Source: an uncultured Clostridium sp. (lineage in GTDB: Bacteria; Bacillota; Clostridia; TANB77; CAG-508). From it: DNA of 32,000 nt. The position numbers were made by a program, and so were the translations under genes. Of this stretch, positions 20,296 through 28,776 are shown one piece after another. A model generated the notes under the pieces. The model was not told where the DNA came from, did no database searches, and worked only from the letters and a program-made list of their open reading frames with translations. Location of the stretch: positions 1-32,000 of the forward strand of contig CAOKMF010000001.1 in NCBI GenBank assembly GCA_948469655.1, given 5' to 3'. Position 1 is the stretch's first letter. Each line of letters begins with the position of its first letter.

Positions 20296-21548
20296 TTATC
20301 TCATTTGTTTTACCATAATCTCTGCAAAGACTGCATAACCGAAGTTTTAAATCATTTACCATTACATGTGTTAAGGCTCCGAATTAGCTTTCCATTTTGT
20401 ACAATAGGGCTTCCGCTCATTCCTTGTACAATTCCGCCTGTTTTATCTATAAGTTTTGTATCTGTTATTTTAATAACCATACTTTTATTATCCAGGTTAT
20501 TATTTGTATAAATTTTTGCAATCTCTATATCATATTCCTTTGGGCTATCATTTTCAAGTGTTGAAATTAGTTTTGCCTTTCCTAAATCTATTTCATTTCT
20601 TAAAGCAACTGGAATAGTTTTATTCGAGTTTATATTTAAATAGCCTACATTATTTAAATTTCCATACACACCATAATTAGTATTTTTAAAAATATTTCCT
20701 ATACTCGGCTTACCTTCTATTGTTCCCTGTATTTTACCGTGGATTTCCTTCTGTTCCTTTTACAACTGATAAAACATTTGCATTTACTATTTCACCGAGA
20801 GGCAATTTCGACAAGCTCTTCAGTATCACTATCTACAATTCCATGTCCTAGACCCGCAAATCTTTTTGTTTCTGGTTCATAAAAAGTTGCAGTTCCGACG
20901 CCTGCCGCTGTATCTCTTACCCATAGTCCTATTTTGTATGTGTTATCATTTGACTTAATTGCTTTTAAAGTAGCTATTTGTTCATTTCCGTCTCTTATAT
21001 AAGTAATTTGCATGTCATTTCCATTAGACTTATTTATTTGACTTGTAAGGTCATTTGTACATGTAACTGCTGTATTATCTACTTGAGTTATTATATCTCC
21101 CTTCTCTATCCCGAGAATTTTCATATGGTTTGTATCTTTCCATATCACTTCCTGTTATTTCAGACATTCCAACAACTAAAACCCCATTTGTATAAAGCTT
21201 TACTCCAATTAGACTTCCAAGTGGGACTACTTCTACATTTTCTATAATATCAACATTTATTTCTTTTACTTTAAGTCCTAAAAATGAAACTTCTAGTCCA
21301 AGATTTCCTGTGTAATCAGTATCTTCACTGGCATTTGCTGATACTGTTATAGTTTGATTATTTTCTATTCTTTCAATATTGGGGTTGCTAGAAAATGCGG
21401 TTTTTACATCAACACCCAAAACTGTTTTTAAATTTAATGCTTCTCCTTCAAATAGCACTACATTATCTGGCAAATTTGTTATATCACTCACATAAATTAA
21501 AACTACTGTAAGTAGTAACAGTAAAATACAGATATAAGTTTTTTTCAT
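20296..21548 (-). CDS. spoIVB: SpoIVB peptidase (S55, PDZ-containing sporulation signalling protease); five CGG +1 sites
   Basis: ORFs 21075..21548, 20792..21148 and 20352..20669, plus untracked pieces, join at CGG 21111 (YENS-G-IEKGDIITQVDN, PDZ), 20795 (EIAS-G-EIVNANVLSVVKGTEGNP), 20737 (-G-KIQGTIEGKPSIGNIFKNTNYGVYG), 20379 ([27 protein letters not shown]) and 20339 (-G-YAVFAEIMVKQMR*). 1253 nt minus 5 = 1248 = 3 x 416. Confidence 0.85.
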
Positions 21549-21582
21549 CTTCTATATCACCTTTTGAGTATTATAACCAAAT

Positions 21583-21626
21583 AAAAAAATAATAATCTTC
21601 AAGGCTTTACCTTAAAGATTATTATT
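21583..21626 (-). terminator. Rho-independent terminator at the end of the pilus locus
   Basis: Minus strand: AAUAAUAAUCUUUAAGG-UAAAG-CCUUGAAGAUUAUUAUU followed by UUUUUUAUUU, directly after the stop at 21628. Confidence 0.6.
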
Positions 21627-21627
21627 T

Positions 21628-22967
21628 TTATTTTTCTTCTTTTATTATTCCACTTCCATCTACGAAATCTGATAATTTTGGAAGTTTTCGTTTTTCTCTT
21701 GCTAAAGCTGATTTATAAGCAATTTCTCTTGCTTCAAAATTATATTCTCTTTGTTTTTCATATGAAAGATTTTCTTTATATTCTTCTGCATATTTAATAC
21801 TAGGATTTGAGGCACGTACTATGCAATAATAACAAGCCGGAATTGTTTTTAGTGTTTCATCACTATCTAAATCATTTTTATTAATTCCGAACTATATGCA
21901 TGTCATCTTTTGCATTAAGGTGCATACACCATATTCTATGATATGAACCATTGGTTATTGGTCCATTTTCATCTATATTTATATAATATATTGAATTTTC
22001 ATTTACCATTTCTTTGTTTTCAGAACTTGAAACTATTGCGTAATCATTATAAGTTGTAGTTCCTACTGGAATTCCTTGCATAAATGCCATAAAACAAGGA
22101 TTATTCAAGATTAAATCCCAATCTTCACCTGTTAATTCAGGCATTCTGAAATCTCCTGCAGAATGTTTTGAATAGTTATCCATAGCCTGAATTAAGTTAT
22201 TTATTATTGTATCTTTTATTATATCATATTTTTCACTGTTAAATTCTGAGGCCTCTCCTTGAAGCGCTAAATTTGTTTCTGCTATTTTTAATTTGTCTTC
22301 AAGTTTCATTTCTTCAATGGTTTTATTAAACCATTCTGTAAATTCCCATGCTTTGTCATAATAGTCTCTTGCATCATCATCTGCTAGAGATTCCTTGAAG
22401 GCATTTCTTTCATTTTCGCTTTTTGGTATTACTTCTAAGTATCCTGCCCTAGATAAATATTCTTTATCCTTTTTATTATTATAATAAACTGCTACATAAT
22501 TATCCAAAGAATAGTTTATCTCAAGTATATTATCTCCGGTTTGTATATTGCTTTGAATAGTAAACATATGGCTTTAACTCATGAGTATATGATCCACTAT
22601 CCCAGTTTTTTGTTGGAGTATAGATATAGTAGCCATCATATAGAGTAAATGCAAGAACCGGAATATGCGCCATAACATTACTTTTATTCATTCCAGTTTT
22701 ACCAAATTTAGTCGCCATACTAGAAGCAAAAACATTTAAGGATGCTTCTATATCTCTTATTTTTGTATCTGCTACACTTAAATATTCATTATTAGTTGTA
22801 TTTAACTGAAAAGCTGAAATTGCTTCATGAGCTGCATCGACAAGAGCATTATCATAATTTGCTCTTAAAAATGCTGTCTTTACCTGAAACCCTACATATA
22901 CAGATAATATAATAATTACTGGCAAAGCTATTGCCAAAAATATTATTACTAAATTTTGTAATTTCAT
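21628..22967 (-). CDS. Pilus-locus protein with N-terminal TM helix (445 aa); two CGG +1 sites
   Basis: ORF 22530..22967 (MKLQNLVIIFLAIALPVIIILSVY...) ends ...SKQYTN-CGG (22536-22538). It continues -G-DNILEINYSLDNYVAVYY (ORF 21881..22567), then ...DDMHIV-CGG (21887-21889) -G-INKNDLDSDETLKTIPACYYCIVRAS...GSGIIKEEK*. 1340 nt minus 2 = 1338. Confidence 0.55.
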
Positions 22968-23035
22968 AACTTTTAAGCTTTCTCCTTTAGTTAAACAAAG
23001 TCTTTACCTTTTATCCGATAAAGACTTTTTATAAT

Positions 23036-23572
23036 TTATTTTCCTGTTACTCTAACCATTCTAGAATCTGAACCAACTATACTATATGTATCGTTTCCAC
23101 TTAGTGAATAAAAGAAATTTTTAAGCATTTGAGAAATTGTATTATTTGTATTAGATGCTTTAACTGTTAAAATATCTCCTTGTTTCATATACTGTGTATG
23201 ATTATCACTATTTTCTAATGTGTCTAAAACCTGAGTTGTATATATAGAGTAATAGATATTTTCACCTATTTTGTCATTACTTTGACCCATTATAGCTGTG
23301 TTTTTCTTTGCTGGGTTTTCATCTAATATTTGTATCTCCATTGATATATCATATGTATTTCCTGTTGCATATAAATCTGAAACTAATTTATCGTAACTTT
23401 CTTCAGTTATTTTACCAATATTGCTTGCATTACTTACAAACTCTGCAATTATTGTTTGTACATTAAGTTCTGCAATGTCATCACTTCTTTCTGACATCGC
23501 CATCATTGGAAATACAAACATCATTATAGCTGCAAGAAATATTGCTACAACCATTGTTAGTGATTCTCCCAT
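23036..23572 (-). CDS. Pilus-locus protein with N-terminal hydrophobic helix (178 aa)
   Basis: Intact ORF MGESLTMVVAIFLAAIMMFVFPMMAMSER..., with RBS AAAGGAGGAG. No in-frame CGG. Confidence 0.55.
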   Translation of the reverse strand: MGESLTMVVAIFLAAIMMFVFPMMAMSERSDDIAELNVQTIIAEFVSNASNIGKITEESYDKLVSDLYATGNTYDISMEIQILDENPAKKNTAIMGQSNDKIGENIYYSIYTTQVLDTLENSDNHTQYMKQGDILTVKASNTNNTISQMLKNFFYSLSGNDTYSIVGSDSRMVRVTGK

Positions 23573-23589
23573 TTGCTTTTCTCCTCCTT

Positions 23590-24475
23590 TTATGCGTTAT
23601 CGTCTAAATATACATATACTACTTCTCTTTTTATTGGATTTCTAAGCTCTCCGTGGTTTATATAGTCTGTCTCCCTCTTCATCATCTGTTATATAATTAT
23701 TTGTATCGTGAAGTATCAAATATTCTGTAAATCTTGCATTCTTATATTCATTTATAATACCTTTAGATGTTCCTCCCTTTTTATGACACGGAACATGATT
23801 TGCAAGTTCTTTTACATTTTCATTTACTAAATTTGTCTGCCTACCTGGCTGACGTATACTAAAATATGCTGGGATTCCTGATAAATCAGAATCTATTCTT
23901 TGTGCTGTTAAACTCTCTAGTCCATTCCATGGACAATCAAATGTCTTTGGATAACGTCTATTTTTTACTTGCTCATATATCCTTTCGAATAATTCTCTAA
24001 GCTCGTTTATCCCTTCTTCATATATTCCTGCACTTTGATTTCTTTTGTTTGAAATTGTTTTTACCTTACTATCAACGCTATGTACATTTTCAAGTGCATA
24101 ATTTATTTCGTCAATAATAATCATTTTCTGTTTTTCACTTCTATTATTCCAGTTGGTGCACAGAGTTTCTGTTTGTCTATCAAATCTTGTAATAATTTCC
24201 CCATCTTTATCTATTAAAGTCACAGCTGCACTTTCTGTATGATATCTATATATAGTTGGAATTATATCTTCTAAAGTTACAATTCTATTTCCATTTTCAT
24301 CAATTTCTACTTCATCGCCTTCGTAATATGTATAATATGTTTGTTTATCAGTTTCAAATAAAGTATTTTCTGATACAGTTCTAATAAGCGATGCTGTAGA
24401 AAAAAGAATTGTCACAGCTATTATAAATACAAAAACTGCAAAAGCTATTTTTAAGCTATCCGCTGCATTCTCCAT
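23590..24475 (-). CDS. Pilin-like / minor-pilin candidate (294 aa); one CGG +1 site
   Basis: MENAADSLKIAFAVFVFIIAVTILF... ends ...DRLYKP-CGG (23651-23653). Skipping gives -G-ELRNPIKREVVYVYLDDNA*, and the stop falls inside the next gene's RBS. 886 nt minus 1 = 885. Confidence 0.55.
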
Positions 24476-24518
24476 TATTTACTTAGTCCTTTCTAAATAT
24501 GACTTATTTAGAATAATC

Positions 24519-24932
24519 TTATTCATTATTTGATGTTCCTGATGTTTTCTCAATAGTTATTGATTTAATTAAGGCACTTGTTTTATCTGATGTAATTTTA
24601 ACTTCATAAGTCGAAGCTGGTCTAATTGTTGAACTTATTGAATCAGGATCTGCATCTCCTTCAAATTCTACAGCAACTTGATGGTCTTCATCATGAGATG
24701 CATTACTTGCTTTTACCTTACTCATCAAGCCTCTTACAGAAGAACCTTTTTGTTTTCCTATATAGTTTTCAAATTCTTTATTAAATAATTCAATTTCATG
24801 AGCTGACATGCTTTCTTCTGCTCCGCTTATTATTCCTTGTCCTGATTGCATTACCATCATACCTACACTTATTAAAAGAATAGCAATTAATATAGCTCCT
24901 GCTATAAGTAGTGCTTTTGATGCGTTTTCCAT
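24519..24932 (-). CDS. Candidate major pilin (137 aa), 'MENASKAL' class
   Basis: MENASKALLIAGAILIAILLISVGMMVMQSGQ... has a short polar leader, a roughly 20-aa hydrophobic helix and a small globular domain. It has its own strong promoter. No in-frame CGG. Confidence 0.55.
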   Translation of the reverse strand: MENASKALLIAGAILIAILLISVGMMVMQSGQGIISGAEESMSAHEIELFNKEFENYIGKQKGSSVRGLMSKVKASNASHDEDHQVAVEFEGDADPDSISSTIRPASTYEVKITSDKTSALIKSITIEKTSGTSNNE

Positions 24933-24987
24933 AAAAAATTCCTCCTTCGTTTTTTAATTTATAGTTTTTACCTTTGTTTTTATATAT

Positions 24988-25015
24988 ATTTTAACATTAT
25001 TTTTCATAATGTCAA
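24988..25015 (-). promoter_or_regulatory. SigA-type promoter with extended -10, upstream of the candidate major pilin
   Basis: Minus strand: TTGACA (25015-25010), a 16-nt spacer ending in TGT, then TAAAAT (24993-24988), i.e. TGnTAAAAT. Confidence 0.5.
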
Positions 25016-25035
25016 GATTAATAACTTAAGTTTTG

Positions 25036-25492
25036 TTAGACTTCTAGCTGTTTTAATGTAATTTTAGAAATTCTTCCGAGTAGAATTATATTCAACTTTT
25101 TCTTTGTAAAATGCTGTTACTGAAAAACTTGAAACAAACCCATCAAGTCCAGCTCTTTCTAGTTTTTCCATTGGATAACAGACTTCTGTAATTTCTCCTT
25201 TTTCTGATACACTAAGAAGTATCAAGTCTACTTTTAAAGAATTTTCATCATTAGAGATGTAATTTCCATTTTCATCTTTATTAATATTAAAGTTTTTATT
25301 ATTATCTATTGCTTTATTTATAATTGTAACTACATCTGCACCATATAATGTTTTATCTTTATATGTTCTTTCTATTTCTTCATTAAATCTTGCTATATCA
25401 TTTGCAATAGCCACATTACTAGCTATTTTTACTGCTATAACAATTATAATTACAATAAGTATAACTATAATACATAAAAATGTTTTTTTCAC
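25036..25492 (-). CDS. Pilus-locus paralog with TM N-terminus (151 aa); one CGG +1 site
   Basis: MKKTFLCIIVILIVIIIVIAV...YGADVVTIINKAIDNNKNF... ends ...VEYNST-CGG (25076-25078). Skipping gives -G-RISKITLKQLEV*. This recreates the GR(I/L)..I motif of the two paralogs downstream. 457 nt minus 1 = 456. Confidence 0.6.
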
Positions 25493-25547
25493 TAAAAGTC
25501 CCTCTTTCTATTATAACACTTTACTTAGCTTTTAGCAATATTTAGAC

Positions 25548-26071
25548 CTAATTTTTAACCTCCAACTTTGCTAATTTCATTTTTATTTCATTTATTCTTC
25601 CTCTTGAGGGGTTATCTAGGTCATTATTGTAAGTAATTCCAGAAGATTTAAATTCAAAGAAATAATTTTCTTGATTATCTATGTTTAATAATTTCTCTAC
25701 TGGAGTTATATCTTTTTCGTAGTCTATTTTTATTTGTGATAAAAGCTGTTTTAAAGTATTTGTAACATTTATATCAGTCACATTTGATGTCTTTATATCA
25801 AGTTTTATTGCATCTGATGGATTATTTTTATTCCATTCTGCAATTAAATTATATATAGTTGCAAATTCTTGAATAGTTATACCGGTTTGTTCTATTTGCA
25901 TAACTTTCAAATTGGCTATTGAACTCTGAAATTTCTGTTTTTTTTACTTCATCGTTAATATTTCCTGATATGCGAGACATATATGCAAATTCATATACGA
26001 ATATAGCAAAAATTATAACTCCGTATTAGAACGCCTGCTGCTATAAGTAAAGCCTTTGAAGCATTTTCCAT
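25548..26071 (-). CDS. 'MENASKAL' pilin-like paralog (173 aa); two CGG +1 sites
   Basis: MENASKALLIAAGVLI-(CGG 26021-26023)G-VIIFAIFVYEFAYMSRISGNINDEVKKTEISEFNSQFESYANRTN-(CGG 25882-25884)G-ITIQEFATIYNLIAEW... (ORF 25548..25910). The N-terminal 50 codons are invisible in the ORF track. 524 nt minus 2 = 522. Confidence 0.65.
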
Positions 26072-26082
26072 GCAATTTCCTC

Positions 26083-26635
26083 CTATTTTTTTTGTTCAAA
26101 TGTGATTTCTTTTAGTCTACCTACTGCCAAATTATCATTCGTATCTTTCTTTGTTACATATTTTATACCTGTACATCTAAAAGCTGACATTTTAAAATTA
26201 TGTACAAAATTATCATTGCTATCAGTTACTTTTCCTAAAAGATCTTGCTTTATCTTCTTTTCAAAACTTCCATCTTCAAAAAGGTTAAATGATTGTATAT
26301 TTGTTTTAACATTTTTTTCCCCTGGCTGTGCTTGTCCAGTTTCTAAATCATATGTAAACTTAACATTTACTTTGTATGCTGGATAATCTTCATATATTCT
26401 ATTATTATCAATTGCTTTATTTAATACACTTATAATGTCTATTCCATACATAAGCTTTTTGTTATATGCTTCAAATCCGTCATTAAATGCTTTAATTTCT
26501 TCTTGAAGTGAATCTTCGTCTACCTCTCCTGCTAAATGACCGAGCCTTTGAAAATGAGAAATAGAATATAGATATTACAATCATACCGATTAAAATACTG
26601 CCTGCAATTATCAAAGCCTTTGAAGCATTTTCCAT
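26083..26635 (-). CDS. 'MENASKAL' pilin-like paralog (183 aa); one CGG +1 site
   Basis: MENASKALIIAGSILIGMIVISIFYFSFSKA-(CGG 26540-26542)G-HLAGEVDEDSLQEEIKAFNDGFEAYNKKLMYGIDIISVLNKAIDNN... (ORF 26083..26451). 553 nt minus 1 = 552. Confidence 0.65.
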
Positions 26636-26660
26636 AAGCTATTCCTCCTCTTCTTAAATT

Positions 26661-28738
26661 TTACATCATTGATCCCATTGTTCCAAACATAGATGTCATG
26701 CTCATAAGACCAATTCCAACTAATGGAACAATTAAGTATCCTACAAATAACACTATCATTGGTGCAAACCCTATTACTTTTCCTATCATTCCTTTTCTTG
26801 AAATTAATCTTTCGTTAGAAGCTTTTCTCTTCTCTTGATAATATTCTCTTTCAGTATCTAATTCATCAAATGCTTCTTTAATTGGTATTTTTTCTACTGC
26901 TGCCTGAAGACTTTCTACAATTGTTATTAATTGTGGATATGTTACATCATTCTTAAGTTCTTCTAATGCTTCATACGCACCTGCTTCATAATTATTTACG
27001 CATTTTGAAATTGGTTCTTTAAAAATATTTGCATACCTCTCTAACCATTCTAATATCATTTCTACATTTACTCTTTCTATCTTCATAAGCATAAGTATGA
27101 TAGTTTGATACTGCATAACTTCATCTTCCATCTCAAGCTTTCTTAATACCCTTTGGAAATAAAGCATCCATGTTGGTGCCATATATCCCAATATTGATAA
27201 AGCCATTGCTATTAATACTTCAAACCATTTTAAATATTCACTATTGATAGTCTGTAGCTTTGTATACACACTGTCTACTACTGCATCAATCTCTTCATCT
27301 GTACTTTCTTTAAAATCTTTATCATATTTTACTTTTAATCTAATTTCATCTTTTGTTGTATCTGTTTTTCCTCTAAACATATCCAAAAATTCATTTTCAA
27401 GCTCTGTTTGTTTCATAGCCTTTTTCTCGTCTTTTTCAGACATAGATATAAGGTTAAAATCTGCTGTAGGTGTCTCATATATGTATTTTACTGAAATATT
27501 ATGCAATTGCCCTATTAAAAATAATGAGACAAAAAAGACGGCAATAACAAGTGTAATTTTAGAAACATATATCCATTCTATCTTGTCCTTTGAAGCTGCA
27601 TCTTTAAGAAGTTTTGTTAATTCTCTATTTTGTTTAGTTCCTTTTTTAGGTATAAATAAATCTACAATTTTTTTTACAAATGGTATTTTGTACAATTTCT
27701 GTTGCCATGGATTTTGCGAATTTTTCATATCATTATTTGCTGTTGTATCTTTTACTTTTCTAACCAATACATAACTTACAAAAGTAAGCACTACTATTGC
27801 TATTTGCATAATTAATCCTAATTTTCCATTATAGAAACTATTAGTAAAGCTAAAATTTGATATAGCCCAATTTTTAAGTATTTCAATAAATAATACTGGT
27901 AATACTGCAATTACTGCTAAGCTTTGAAATACATAGTCAAGCTTATCCCTCTTCAATATCTCTATCTGCATTTCTTGTGTAATATTGTTTAAGTTTTTAA
28001 GGTAAAGAGATGCTCCGCTCTGGAGTTTTTCTATCACCAAATTCACGTGTTAAATATGATATTCCAGCAAATTCTTTTAAGTAACTATTTGGTGCAACAT
28101 CATAATATTTTTCTAGTTCTTCTTCTGGGTTATCTGATATAAGTATTTCATATATCTTTTCTCCCTGTCTTGATACTTCTAGCTCGTCATTTTGTGATAC
28201 CTCATATATTGCCTCTTCCACCATGTTATATTCATGATATGCATGCCTTATTTCTGAAAAGAATTCTACCTGTTCTTTTAAAAGTTTGTTATCTAATTTT
28301 CCAACCATTCCATCTATCAAAGTATCTACCATAAATACTTCAAATAGAATAAGAATGCTAAGTAATAAAGCATTTGAATGTGCAACTACTATTATTAAAA
28401 TTGTAAGCGGTATTAATAGCAATAATGCTTTTGTTATTATAGATGACGCATGTCTTCTTGTTTGATATTCATCCTCTATATTTATTATTTCTAATCTTCT
28501 TCTTAATTTTAGTAAATATTTTTTTATTCCGAGGTACTTTCATATATATTATATAAAGCTTTTGATATAATATTTCTGAAGAAAATGCACTTTTTTCTTT
28601 AGTACCTTTTCTTAGTTCTCTAACATATTTCCTATCACCTTTGTTAAGTGCCTTATTAATGAGTACATATGCTATAATTATAACTATAAGTAAAGCAATT
28701 GTTCCACCCATTAAATATATAAGTAATTGGTTTGACAT
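26661..28738 (-). CDS. Large polytopic membrane protein, TadB/TadC (T2SS-F)-like (691 aa if fused); two CGG +1 sites
   Basis: ORF 28469..28738 ...IIYMKVP-CGG (28529-28531) -G-IKKYLLKLRRRLEIINIEDEYQTRRHASSIITKALLLLIPL (ORF 27997..28422) ...GDRKTPE-CGG (28015-28017) -G-ASLYLKNLNNITQEMQ (ORF 26661..28046). 2078 nt minus 2 = 2076 = 3 x 692. The family call rests on position next to the ATPase and on topology only. Confidence 0.5.
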
Positions 28739-28776
28739 AGGTTAGATTGCACCTCCTTTTCCTTTTGTGCTTTTAT

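Noticed and set aside
27997-28046. Independent GTG start at 28046 for a separate 461-aa membrane protein overlapping the upstream ORF
   Set aside because: No Shine-Dalgarno precedes it. The upstream frame meets an in-frame CGG at 28015 that, by the rule holding at all other sites, carries it into this frame. It is kept as a testable alternative in the findings.
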